Counted from the first letter of the stretch, positions 43,710 through 53,404 are shown. The stretch: 64,000 nucleotides of DNA from Clostridium sp. 26_22 (GCA_001916005.1 MNRP01000037.1:1631-65630), one strand, 5' to 3'. The notes: a model not told the origin generated them from the letters alone. Program-made: numbers and translations.

Positions 43710-44264
43710 ATGGATAAATATAACAGATTATATAAAGGACATAGTTTAATAAAAAATTTGAATGATTATACAGTATTAGATATAGAAACAACAAGTTTAG
43801 ATTCTTTTACTGGAGAAATAGTAGAAATAAGTGCAATAAAGGTTAGAGATAAAAAAGAAGTAGATACTTTTTCAGAATTGATAAAAACTCAAAACAGATT
43901 AGGAGCATTTACTACAAGGCTAACTGGAATTACAAATGAGATGGTTCAAAAGGAAGGAAAAGATTTAATTAATGTATTGCAACAGTTCAAAGATTTTTTA
44001 GATAGAGACATTATAGTAGGACATAATGTTAATTTCGATATTAACTTTATTTATGACAGCATGTATAAAAATATGAATGAATATTTAACAAATGATTTTG
44101 TAGATACATTAAGAATTTCAAGAAAAGTATTGCCTAATCTTAGACATCACAAATTAGATAATTTAATAGATTATTTTAATTTAGTAAAAAGAGATGAACA
44201 TAGAGCTTTAAATGATTGTGTATTAACAAATCAAGTATATATAAATTTGACTAAGATGTTATAA
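43710..44264 (+). CDS. DEDDh 3'-5' exonuclease (DnaQ/PolC-exo-like)
   Basis: VLDIETTSL (Exo I), HNVNFDINFI (Exo II) and HRALNDC (Exo III). Confidence 0.75.
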   Translation: MDKYNRLYKGHSLIKNLNDYTVLDIETTSLDSFTGEIVEISAIKVRDKKEVDTFSELIKTQNRLGAFTTRLTGITNEMVQKEGKDLINVLQQFKDFLDRDIIVGHNVNFDINFIYDSMYKNMNEYLTNDFVDTLRISRKVLPNLRHHKLDNLIDYFNLVKRDEHRALNDCVLTNQVYINLTKML

Positions 44265-44277
44265 AAGGAGACGTAAA

Positions 44278-45135
44278 ATGAAAACAATAGGTTTAGCGTG
44301 TACCGGTGGTGGAACAAAAGCACTTAGTAATTTAGGAGTAATAAAAGCTTTAGAAGAATTAAACATAAAAATATCTGCGATTTCTGGAACAAGTATTGGA
44401 AGCTGTATAGCAGTTTTATATGCAATGGGTTATACAACGAAGGAGATAGAAGAAAAGTTAAAAATATATACAATAGAATATCCTAAATTTACAGTTAAGG
44501 ATAAAATATTAGCTCCATTTAAACTTTTAGCACAAGGTGGAGGAAAAAATCCATCCATAATTACTAAAACTATAAGGGAGGCTACAGAGGCTAAAGGGAA
44601 AAGACTAATGAGTGATTTAGATATGCCAGTATTCATTCCAACTATGGATATTACAGAGAAAAAGACTGTATATTATACTTCAAGAAAGATAAAAAATGAA
44701 GAATGCTATATGGATAGACCAATCGAAGAGGCTGTAAAAAATACGTGTTCACTGCCATTATTATATATACCTAATAATGTTTATATAGATGGAAAACTCC
44801 ATCAATTTTTAGATGGAGGAATGACACATAATATTCCGACACATCGTATGAATCAATTTGTAGATTACGTTATAGGAGTAGAGAATGTATATTATAAAGA
44901 AACGAATCAAAAGAAAGTAAATATAATTACAGGAATACGAAATACTTTTCAAAGTATGAGGAGGACTGCAATAGTTTGGCAAAGAGGAGTAGCAGATTTA
45001 ATTATAAGGGTTGATTGCAAGGATGTTGATATAATTGGAAATGAAGAAGAGGTAGAACAATGTGTTAAGGCTGGGTATGATGCTGCTATGGAGATTTTTA
45101 AAAGTGAAAAGTTTAAAGATGAAATAATTATATAA
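44278..45135 (+). CDS. patatin-like phospholipase
   Basis: It has the GGGTKA oxyanion motif, GTSIGS (GxSxG) and the DGG dyad Asp. Confidence 0.75.
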   Translation: MKTIGLACTGGGTKALSNLGVIKALEELNIKISAISGTSIGSCIAVLYAMGYTTKEIEEKLKIYTIEYPKFTVKDKILAPFKLLAQGGGKNPSIITKTIREATEAKGKRLMSDLDMPVFIPTMDITEKKTVYYTSRKIKNEECYMDRPIEEAVKNTCSLPLLYIPNNVYIDGKLHQFLDGGMTHNIPTHRMNQFVDYVIGVENVYYKETNQKKVNIITGIRNTFQSMRRTAIVWQRGVADLIIRVDCKDVDIIGNEEEVEQCVKAGYDAAMEIFKSEKFKDEIII

Positions 45136-45142
45136 ATTATGC

Positions 45143-45180
45143 AAAACAGCTGAGTCACTTTATTGTGACCCAGCTGTTTT
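45143..45180. terminator. bidirectional hairpin terminator
   Basis: AAAACAGCTGAGTCAC / GTGACCCAGCTGTTTT. The A/T runs on both sides fit convergent genes. Confidence 0.6.
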
Positions 45181-45609
45181 ATCTGAATTTTCAACAATGG
45201 AGCTATAATAATATGCTTCGACCATTGTTATAAATTGGGTATTAGAAGGAGCACGATCCGAGTTTTCATATATGTAAAAAACTCTTCTGTATAGTGGGGT
45301 TTTGAGCTCAAATGAAAATTCTTTTGCTGATCGAAGCTCACGCTCAGAAAAACCATTTTCTACCAGAGCAGAATAAAGTTGCTTTCCTGGTTTGATTTTG
45401 TGATCATGGCAATATTTTACAGCAAATTCTGTACATTCTAATCCATGGCCCCATTTTGTGCTACCAACTCCGAGTCGGATTAAAAAATCTTTTAATGTTA
45501 GTTTTTTCGGATTCATAAATTGTAATTCGAATTCTGCCATTCGTTCATTTACAGCTTCTTCAACCCGCTTATCAATGTACTTTTGAAGTTCCTCAAATAC
45601 GTTATCCAT
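45160..45609 (-). CDS. hypothetical protein in G+C-richer islet
   Basis: AGGAGG RBS, then ATG 45609 (MDNVFEELQKY...). No family was recognised. Confidence 0.5.
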   Translation of the reverse strand: MDNVFEELQKYIDKRVEEAVNERMAEFELQFMNPKKLTLKDFLIRLGVGSTKWGHGLECTEFAVKYCHDHKIKPGKQLYSALVENGFSERELRSAKEFSFELKTPLYRRVFYIYENSDRAPSNTQFITMVEAYYYSSIVENSDKTAGSQ

Positions 45610-45807
45610 AGAGCCTCCTATTCCAATCCTTCCAACAGTTACACCAAGTATATTATACAACAAATTTACATAAAGTACAACTTAATGATTAATATTTCTA
45701 TTTAAAATAAAAAAATATATTAATTAAAAATTTACAAAAAATTTACACTAAATAATAATATTTGTGGTAGAATAATGATGTTATTAAATAATTCCAGGAG
45801 GAAGAAA

Positions 45808-46665
45808 ATGATAAAAGCAGCATTAGTATTAGAAGGTGGTGCACTAAGAGGTATGTATACTTCTGGTGTATTAGATACATTTTTAAAAAATAATATGGAA
45901 TTTGAATGTGTAGCAGGTGTCTCTGCAGGTGCATTAAATGCAATGAGCTACATATCAAAACAACCAGGAAGATCAGCAAAGATTAATTTAGAATATTGTG
46001 ATGATCCAAGATATATAGGAAGAAAAGCTTTTATAAAAAATAAAGGAATAATAGGATATGACTATTTATTTGGAGATATATCAGAAAATAAAGTTCCGTT
46101 TGATTATAAAGCTTTTGAAAATACAAACCAGAGATTTGTAATAGTAACAACTAATTGTGAAAAAGCAGAGACAGAATATTTAGAACGAGGCAATTGTAAT
46201 GACCTATTTAAAGCTGCACAAGCATCGTCAAGTATGCCTCTTGCATCTGCAATAGTAGAAATAAATAATAATCATTATTTAGATGGAGCAGTTACAACAA
46301 GTATTCCTATAAAATGGGCTATAGAACAGGGCTATGAAAAAGTAGTTGTTGTTTTAACAAGGGATAGAACCTATAGAAAACCAATGCTATCAAATAAAAT
46401 GAAAAAATTATATAAACTTGCATATCACAAATATCCAAAATTAATAGAAAAATTAAATACAATGCCAGAAAGATATAATAAATTACAAGAAGAAATAATA
46501 GACTTAGAAAAAGAAGGTAAAATATTTATAATAAGACCAGAAAAAGAAGTAACAGTTTCTAGGCTAGAAAAAGATAAAGAAAAATTAGAAAACTTATATA
46601 AAGAAGGAATTGCTGAAGCAGAAAAGAATTTAGATGCTTTAAAAGAATATTTAGAGATTAGTTAG
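45808..46665 (+). CDS. patatin-like phospholipase (second copy)
   Basis: AGGAGG RBS, then ATG 45808. It has LEGGALRG, GVSAGA and DGA. Confidence 0.75.
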   Translation: MIKAALVLEGGALRGMYTSGVLDTFLKNNMEFECVAGVSAGALNAMSYISKQPGRSAKINLEYCDDPRYIGRKAFIKNKGIIGYDYLFGDISENKVPFDYKAFENTNQRFVIVTTNCEKAETEYLERGNCNDLFKAAQASSSMPLASAIVEINNNHYLDGAVTTSIPIKWAIEQGYEKVVVVLTRDRTYRKPMLSNKMKKLYKLAYHKYPKLIEKLNTMPERYNKLQEEIIDLEKEGKIFIIRPEKEVTVSRLEKDKEKLENLYKEGIAEAEKNLDALKEYLEIS

Positions 46666-46672
46666 GAGAATT

Positions 46673-47347
46673 ATGAAGAGAACAAAATTAAGAGATAGAA
46701 TACTTCCTAAGTATACAAAGGGAGAAGAAATTTTTAATATGACTTCACATATTGTAGGTGGAGCGCTAGGAATTGTTGCATTGGTATTATGTGTGGTATT
46801 TGCAGCAGTTCATGGAAATGGCTATGGAGTTGTAAGTGGTGCAATATATGGGGTTACTATGATAATTTTATATACAATGTCTAGTATATATCATGGGTTA
46901 AATCCTAAAAGAAAAGCTAAAAAAGTATTTCAGGTATTAGACCATTGTTCTATATATTTACTAATAGCAGGATCATATACTCCATTTGCATTATGCACTT
47001 TACGAGAGTATAATACAGCATTAGGTTGGACAATATTTGGAGTTATTTGGTTTGTAGCAATATTAGGAATAATATTAAATTCTATTGATATAAAGAAATT
47101 TAGAGTATTCTCTATGATTTGTTACTTAGTAATGGGATGGTGTATTGTATTCAGAATAAACCTATTACCAGAATTATTAGGAACAGCAGGTTTTGTATTA
47201 TTACTACTAGGAGGTTTATCTTATACGATAGGAGCTATACTTTATGGACTAGGAAAGAAACATAAGTATATGCATTCAGTATTTCATCTATTTATTTTAT
47301 TAGGAAGTTTATTACAATTTTTTACAATATTATTATATGTTATGTAG
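46673..47347 (+). CDS. hemolysin III / PAQR family membrane protein
   Basis: It has seven TM helices and the SSIYHG and HSVFHLF motifs. Confidence 0.75.
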   Translation: MKRTKLRDRILPKYTKGEEIFNMTSHIVGGALGIVALVLCVVFAAVHGNGYGVVSGAIYGVTMIILYTMSSIYHGLNPKRKAKKVFQVLDHCSIYLLIAGSYTPFALCTLREYNTALGWTIFGVIWFVAILGIILNSIDIKKFRVFSMICYLVMGWCIVFRINLLPELLGTAGFVLLLLGGLSYTIGAILYGLGKKHKYMHSVFHLFILLGSLLQFFTILLYVM

Positions 47348-47356
47348 GAGGACAAA

Positions 47357-47818
47357 ATGAACGAATATATGAAAATGGCAAAAGATCAAGCAGAAAAAGG
47401 AATGAAAAATAATGAAGGGGGTCCATTTGGAGCTGTTATAACAGATAAAGAGGGAAATATTATTACAGTTGCTAATAATCAAGTGCTAAAAAATAATGAC
47501 CCAACAGCACATGCAGAAGTACAAGCAATACGAGAGGCTTGTAAAAAGCTTAATACACATGATTTATCTGGATATATTTTATATACATCTTGTGAACCAT
47601 GTCCAATGTGTTTATCTGCAATTATTTGGTCAAATATTAAAGAAGTATATTATGCTTGTACTAGAAAAGATGCAGGAGAAATTGGTTTTAGAGATGATGC
47701 AATATATGAATTTTTAGAGACAAACAATAAGAGTTTACTAGATGAAAAACAAATAGATAGAGAAGATTGTATACATTTATTTAATGAATATAAAAAATTA
47801 AATGGAGAGATTTATTAA
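47357..47818 (+). CDS. guaD: guanine deaminase (CDA-fold, GuaD-like)
   Basis: GGPFGAVI, DPTAHAEVQAIREAC and YTSCEPCPMCLSAI are collinear with Bacillus GuaD as I recall it. Confidence 0.75.
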   Translation: MNEYMKMAKDQAEKGMKNNEGGPFGAVITDKEGNIITVANNQVLKNNDPTAHAEVQAIREACKKLNTHDLSGYILYTSCEPCPMCLSAIIWSNIKEVYYACTRKDAGEIGFRDDAIYEFLETNNKSLLDEKQIDREDCIHLFNEYKKLNGEIY

Positions 47819-48270
47819 TGTTTGCAGTATATATTACTAAAATAGGAAAACTAAAAATTGAATATGATAATGATGCAATAACTGGAATTACTTATGCAGA
47901 AAATGAAAAAGAGCAGGGAATAAAAAATGAGTTAACTGATAAAACAGTTTTGCAGTTAGAAGAATATTTTGATGGCAAAAGAAAAGAGTTTGACATACCT
48001 ATTAAATTGCTTGGTACAGAATTTCAAAAGAAAGTGTGGAATGAACTTTTAAAAATACCATATGGAAAAACAGTTTCTTATAAAGATATATCCATAAAAA
48101 TTGGTAATCCAAATGCATGTAGAGCTGTTGGCATGGCAAATCATAATAATCCAATATTAATAATTGTACCATGCCACAGAGTGATAAATGAAAATAAAAA
48201 ATTAGGCGGTTATGCATTAGGGCTTGATTTAAAAAGAAGACTGCTTGAACTGGAAAAAGAAAATTCATAA
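47818..48270 (+). CDS. ogt: methylated-DNA--protein-cysteine methyltransferase
   Basis: It has the active site IIVPCHRV and YGKTVSYKDIS. Its start overlaps the guaD stop. Confidence 0.85.
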   Translation: MFAVYITKIGKLKIEYDNDAITGITYAENEKEQGIKNELTDKTVLQLEEYFDGKRKEFDIPIKLLGTEFQKKVWNELLKIPYGKTVSYKDISIKIGNPNACRAVGMANHNNPILIIVPCHRVINENKKLGGYALGLDLKRRLLELEKENS

Positions 48271-48416
48271 TAATGATAAAAGAGCTTACAAAAGTGTAAG
48301 CTTTTTTTATATTAAATCGATGTTTCAATTTACGAAAAATTAATATAATTTTAATAAATTATAAAAATTATATTAATGATTATATGCTAATTTATAGTAA
48401 ATTGAGGTGATAATAT

Positions 48417-49064
48417 ATGAAAAGGAAAGATGTTTTTAAATTTGTACTAATTATATTTTGGGTTTTTTTTATAGGAAGTATGATAGGATATGGAGTAGAA
48501 ACAGCAGTAGCTATTATACAAAATGGACATTTTGCATCTAGACAAGGTTTATTATATGGTCCGTTAATTCCTGTATATGGTATTGGATTGGTTGTGTATT
48601 ATTTAGTTATTTCAAAAATAAAAAATAAGGGTAATTTAAAGATATTTATTATTACTATGGTTTTAGGTGGAATTGTAGAATATTTATTTTCTTTCTTTCA
48701 AGAAAAGTTTTTTGGAACGGTTTCATGGGATTATAGTAATTTATGGTTTAATTTAAATGGTAGAACAAGTTTATTACATTGTTTATATTGGGGGACAGGA
48801 GGAGTATTATTTGTTAAATATGTATATCCTTTTATAGAAAAATTGATTAATAAAATTGATATATTAGCGTTAAAACAAATAACAGTAATTTTATTAGTAT
48901 TACTAGCATTTGATGTTGGGATTTCGTGTATAGCAGCAAATAGGCAAAGAGAAAGAATAGAAGGTGTTGTTGCAAATAGCAGTTTAGATAGATTCTGTGA
49001 CGAATATTATCCAGATAGTGTTATGGATTACATATATTCTAATAAGATAAATAAAATTGAATAA
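48417..49064 (+). CDS. polytopic membrane protein of unknown function
   Basis: It has about five hydrophobic helices. A weak recollection of the 'putative ABC-transporter type IV' family is not verified. Confidence 0.45.
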   Translation: MKRKDVFKFVLIIFWVFFIGSMIGYGVETAVAIIQNGHFASRQGLLYGPLIPVYGIGLVVYYLVISKIKNKGNLKIFIITMVLGGIVEYLFSFFQEKFFGTVSWDYSNLWFNLNGRTSLLHCLYWGTGGVLFVKYVYPFIEKLINKIDILALKQITVILLVLLAFDVGISCIAANRQRERIEGVVANSSLDRFCDEYYPDSVMDYIYSNKINKIE

Positions 49065-49187
49065 TACTTGAAAATTATGTAAATCGGTTATATAATATTA
49101 GCATGGCAAAGTAAAAAAATGAGCAAAATTAATATTTTTCATTGCCTAGTAACTAAATAACTTTTTTTCATTAAAAGGAGGACTTTT

Positions 49188-49655
49188 ATGAGTGAGATCA
49201 AAGAAGTAAATGAAGCTTATTTCCAGATACCACTTCTAGCAAAAACTTCACAAGTTGAAGAAATTTTAAGACAATATCCGATGGTGGAGGCAAAATTAAA
49301 CGAATTCTTCAACTCAGAAAATTTTTTTATCTGCTTCGAAGATATGATGCGGTTTGTAGATGAAAATAAGTCGCAGTTTGATCTTTCTGATGCAGATATT
49401 GAAAGTCTAAGAAGTGACTTTTTAGTGTCACTAAAAGTAAATACAAAAGTAAATATTTTATCAAATGCACTGAAAAACATTTTTACAGTGTCTGGAAAGA
49501 CACTTAATGATGTGGAAGAAGAGCTTTTGTATCTTACAGAAAAAGAATTTCTTAGTACGTTTACAATGACGTATGTGGAAATCTTAAAAGCGCAAGCTGA
49601 AAGTATGGCTAACAGTTCATTTGCGGATTATACAAATCCAAGATACACATCATGA
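49188..49655 (+). CDS. hypothetical protein (G+C-richer islet, upstream of S18 paralog)
   Basis: AAAGGAGG RBS. No family was recognised. Confidence 0.5.
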   Translation: MSEIKEVNEAYFQIPLLAKTSQVEEILRQYPMVEAKLNEFFNSENFFICFEDMMRFVDENKSQFDLSDADIESLRSDFLVSLKVNTKVNILSNALKNIFTVSGKTLNDVEEELLYLTEKEFLSTFTMTYVEILKAQAESMANSSFADYTNPRYTS

Positions 49656-49668
49656 AAGGAGTTTCGAT

Positions 49669-49854
49669 ATGAGTAAAAAATGTTATTACTGCGAGCAACA
49701 TAAAAACCCGGATTACAAACGGGTTAATGAACTGAAAAAGTTTGTTTTCGAGGGAACTCGGATGAAGCCGGCGAGGACGACAGGTCTTTGTGGCAAACAT
49801 CAAAGAGCTTTAAAAAGAGCAATTGCGAATGCTCATCATTTAGCTCTGATGTAA
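49669..49854 (+). CDS. rpsR: divergent ribosomal protein S18 paralog
   Basis: AAAGGAG RBS, then ATG 49669. KKCYYCEQHKNPDYKRVNELKKFVFEGTRMKPARTTGLCGKHQRALKRAIANAHHLAL aligns with the S18 core (KVCYF...IDYKDV.LLKKF.SERGKI.PRR.TG...K.QR.L..AIKRAR..ALL). Confidence 0.7.
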   Translation: MSKKCYYCEQHKNPDYKRVNELKKFVFEGTRMKPARTTGLCGKHQRALKRAIANAHHLALM

Positions 49855-49985
49855 AATTTGTTCAAGCGAAGGGGCTTTGGTTCGATGAATCAAGGCTCCG
49901 TTTCTTCGCTAGGGATTTATATAGATGAGGATAAGCAGAAAAATCTATTAAAACAAAAAAAGTTTTAATAGATTAAAAAATAATA

Positions 49986-50016
49986 TTGACTTGGAGTTAA
50001 CTTTAAGTACTATTAT
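49986..50016 (+). promoter_or_regulatory. MerR-type promoter (19-bp spacer) with 20-bp dyad
   Basis: TTGACT, a 19-nt spacer, then TATTAT. The dyad ACTTGGAGT-TA-ACTTTAAGT spans 49989-50008. Confidence 0.55.
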
Positions 50017-50044
50017 AAAAAAAGTTTAAAGGGAGGAATGAATT

Positions 50045-50788
50045 ATGAAAAAACAAACTGCTGGGAGAGAACAATTAGGTGAATTTGCACCAAAATTTGC
50101 AGAATTAAATGATGATGTATTATTTGGAGAAGTATGGTCAAGAGAAGACAAACTATCATTAAGAGATAGATCTTTAGTAACAATATGTGTATTTATGGGG
50201 AAGGGATTAGTAGATAGTTCTTTAAAATATCATATTATGAATGCAAAAAATAACGGAATAACAAAAGAAGAAATGGCAGAGATTATTACACATGCTGCTT
50301 TTTATGCTGGTTGGCCAAATGCATGGGCAGTATTTAATATGGCAAAAGAAGTATATGCAGATGACGAACCTGCTAAAGAAGAACATGGTGGATGGTTTGG
50401 ACTAGGTGAGCCAAATTCAAACTATGCACAATATTTTATAGGAAATTCATATTTAAATCCACTAACAAAACCAGGTGAATTTAGTATTTTTATAGCAAAT
50501 GTAACATTCGAGCCAGGTTGTAGAAACAATTGGCATATTCATCATGCTACAAAAGATGGTGGTCAAATTCTTATATGTGTTGATGGAGAAGGATGGTATC
50601 AAGAAGAAGGAAAAGAAGCTAGAAGGCTAAAACCAGGAGATATAGTTGTAATTCCTGCAAATGTTAAACATTGGCATGGAGCTAAAAAAGATAGTTGGTT
50701 TAGCCATTTAGCTATAGAAGTACCGGGAGAAAATACAAACAATGAATGGTGTGAACCAGTAACAGATGAGCAATATAATAATTTATAA
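50045..50788 (+). CDS. carboxymuconolactone decarboxylase-family plus cupin fusion protein
   Basis: The CMD part is ...LSLRDRSLVTI...HAAFYAGWPNAW. The cupin part is NWHIHH...GDIVVIPANVKHWHGA. Confidence 0.7.
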   Translation: MKKQTAGREQLGEFAPKFAELNDDVLFGEVWSREDKLSLRDRSLVTICVFMGKGLVDSSLKYHIMNAKNNGITKEEMAEIITHAAFYAGWPNAWAVFNMAKEVYADDEPAKEEHGGWFGLGEPNSNYAQYFIGNSYLNPLTKPGEFSIFIANVTFEPGCRNNWHIHHATKDGGQILICVDGEGWYQEEGKEARRLKPGDIVVIPANVKHWHGAKKDSWFSHLAIEVPGENTNNEWCEPVTDEQYNNL

Positions 50789-50806
50789 AATTTTGGAGGA
50801 TGTAAA

Positions 50807-51190
50807 ATGACAATATCTGAGGTAAGTAGAAAATATAATATAACAGCAGATACAATTAGGTATTATGAAAAAGAAGGACTAATTCCGGCAGTACCAAGGG
50901 ATAAAAATGGTATAAGAGATTTTGATGAAAATTCTTGTGGCTGGATAGAATTTATAAAATGTATGAGAAGTGCAGGATTAGAAATTGAAACTTTAAAAAG
51001 GTATGTAAGTTTATTTAGGCAAGGAACCGCAACTGTAAGGGAAAGAAAAATATTACTTATAGAACAACGAGAAAAATTATTAAAGAAGCAGGAAAATATA
51101 AAAGCTACATTAGATAGATTAAATTATAAAATAGAAAAGTATGAAGAAATAGAAAAAGGTAAATTAAAAGATTTTACAGAAAAACCATAA
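50807..51190 (+). CDS. MerR-family transcriptional regulator
   Basis: The N-terminal HTH is MTISEVSRKYNITADTIRYYEKEGLIP, followed by a coiled-coil dimerisation helix. Confidence 0.85.
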   Translation: MTISEVSRKYNITADTIRYYEKEGLIPAVPRDKNGIRDFDENSCGWIEFIKCMRSAGLEIETLKRYVSLFRQGTATVRERKILLIEQREKLLKKQENIKATLDRLNYKIEKYEEIEKGKLKDFTEKP

Positions 51191-51200
51191 GGAGTACTGG

Positions 51201-51236
51201 CAGGGATTTTGGGGACGTTCCTAAAATCCCTTTTTC
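51201..51236 (+). repeat. GGGATTT-GGGGACG-type element, copy C (doubles as terminator)
   Basis: CAGGGATTTTGGGGACGTTCCTAAAATCCCTTTTTC. The hairpin is AGGGATTTT/AAAATCCCT followed by a T5 run. Confidence 0.6.
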
Positions 51237-51426
51237 TATTCCAACGAAAAATTTTAAGTCGCGATTTAATCGTGGCTTATTTTTTTCTAATAAATTGTAT
51301 ATAAAATTTTGCAAACTAGATTTACTGAAATTTCAACTAAAAACAACAATTCTACTAAAAGTAGATTGCTAAAAATACATAAGAGTGATAACATTTTTAT
51401 ATCAAAAACTTTTAAGGAGACTAAAA

Positions 51427-53313
51427 ATGGATAATCAGAAATTCGGAAGATTTATAAGAGACTTAAGAAAAAAGGCAAATATGACTCAAAAGGAATTAGG
51501 AGAGAAATTAAATGTAACAGATAAAGCTGTTTCAAAATGGGAAAGAGGCTTAGGCTTCCCTGATATTACAATTATTAATTTATTAGCAGAAACTTTTGGG
51601 ATTACAGCATCAGAAGTATTAAATGCAGAAATAGGAAAAAAGGAGACTGTTGATGTAGAAAAAGCAGTACAAGAAGCTGTAGAGAAAGTAACGAAAGAAA
51701 AAGAAAGGAAAGAAAACAGAAAAAGAAAATTAATTAAATTTGTAAAAATAATATCTATTATAATATTTGTATTAATGCTTTTATTACAATTAGGATATCT
51801 ATGCATAATGAAGCCAAATGGATATGAATATATAAATGATTTAATATTTTATATTATTAATGAATTTATAATTATTACTGGAGTAGTGTTTCTTATTTTA
51901 CAGATAAAAAAGTTAAAGAGTGTAAAGATAGTAGCTATAATTATTGCAGTTATTTTGAGTATTATTAATCTAGCTTTTATGATTAATAATGCAATTAATA
52001 TAAGAACTATATTTAGTTTTTCTAATGACTTTTCAAATGAATTAGTAATAAAACAGAATAAAGAAAATGGAAAAACTAGGCTGTATAAATATGCCAAATT
52101 AATTTTATTTGCAAAACCATATGAACGATTTGAATATTCAGTAAGTGAAAATATAAAACATCAGTGGCTTACAAATGACATTTGCAATATAACTTATACG
52201 GATAAAGATGATAATTTAAGAAATTATGTAGCGACATATGGAAGTAGAAAAGGAACAGATTCATATTATTCTGTATTTAATGCATTATTAGGAAGATGGC
52301 AAATACAAGTAGATTCAATAGGAGATACAAAATTAACTGTAGATAAAAAAGGGATAAAAGTAACACGAAATGATACAGCTGAACAATTTGAATTTAGTGA
52401 TTGCAAACAATATGGTGTTACAGCATTAGTTCTTTACAAAGAGGATATTCCTAAATATGTAATTGCATTAAACGATGATTGCGAAATTGATGATGATACT
52501 AAATATATAAAGAATGGTGGAACAATTACATTTTGTGATATTTCGATGAAAAAGACAATAAAAGAAACATTATATTGTACAGTATATAAGGATGAGAATT
52601 TAAATAATTATAATGGTATAACAGTAGAAGCAAATAATTTTAAAATAGATAATGGAATTTTATATTTTAGTTATGATGGCGAAAACATAATAGAAGTTCC
52701 AGGAGATTTTACAGATGATAAATCAGCGTATAATGAGTATAATTATATAATTTCTGAAGAAAAAACGGTATTTTTCTATACTAAAGATGAGACAAAATAT
52801 TTAGTGTATTCAGATGATATGGGAAATACATGGAATACAGCTAAATTACCAAGTAATGGAACGATTCAGAATATACAATTTTTAAATAAAGATGTAGGGT
52901 TTATATTACAATTTGAAGACTATGCCTTAGGAGGAGTTACTTTTGGGCATATTGCTAAAACTACAGATGGTGGGCAAACATGGACGATTATAAATAATGG
53001 AATTGGAAGTTCTAATGAAGGTACATTTAGAAGTGGAAGTCAATTGTTATTTGTAAATGAAAATATTGCTTTTATTACAATGCCATATGCCAGCGGAGAT
53101 GACTCTGACATATATTATTCTGAAGACGGAGGTATAAATTTTACAAAAGTTACTCTAAGTGATGAGCAAATTTATGATTATTATTATTTGCCAACTATAA
53201 AAAATGGAAAACTTTATTTAGAAGTTGACCAAGGAAATGATGGAGATTATAATGGTGGAGATTCTAAAAAATATTGTTCAGAAGATAATGGAAAGACATG
53301 GACTGAAATGTAA
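51427..53313 (+). CDS. membrane-bound XRE-HTH protein with extracytoplasmic BNR/Asp-box beta-propeller-like domain
   Basis: AAGGAG RBS, then ATG 51427. The HTH is LRKKANMTQKELGEKLNVTDKAVSKWERG. TM helices are present. There are four SxDxGxTW-type boxes (SDDMGNTW, TTDGGQTW, SEDGGINF, SEDNGKTW). Confidence 0.7.
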   Translation: MDNQKFGRFIRDLRKKANMTQKELGEKLNVTDKAVSKWERGLGFPDITIINLLAETFGITASEVLNAEIGKKETVDVEKAVQEAVEKVTKEKERKENRKRKLIKFVKIISIIIFVLMLLLQLGYLCIMKPNGYEYINDLIFYIINEFIIITGVVFLILQIKKLKSVKIVAIIIAVILSIINLAFMINNAINIRTIFSFSNDFSNELVIKQNKENGKTRLYKYAKLILFAKPYERFEYSVSENIKHQWLTNDICNITYTDKDDNLRNYVATYGSRKGTDSYYSVFNALLGRWQIQVDSIGDTKLTVDKKGIKVTRNDTAEQFEFSDCKQYGVTALVLYKEDIPKYVIALNDDCEIDDDTKYIKNGGTITFCDISMKKTIKETLYCTVYKDENLNNYNGITVEANNFKIDNGILYFSYDGENIIEVPGDFTDDKSAYNEYNYIISEEKTVFFYTKDETKYLVYSDDMGNTWNTAKLPSNGTIQNIQFLNKDVGFILQFEDYALGGVTFGHIAKTTDGGQTWTIINNGIGSSNEGTFRSGSQLLFVNENIAFITMPYASGDDSDIYYSEDGGINFTKVTLSDEQIYDYYYLPTIKNGKLYLEVDQGNDGDYNGGDSKKYCSEDNGKTWTEM

Positions 53314-53404
53314 GCAAATGACAAAATTGTAAGGTTAATGTAAGGTAAATAAATGGCAATTATTTTAACAAACATTATAATTATAATAGAGGAGGATGAT
53401 TATA

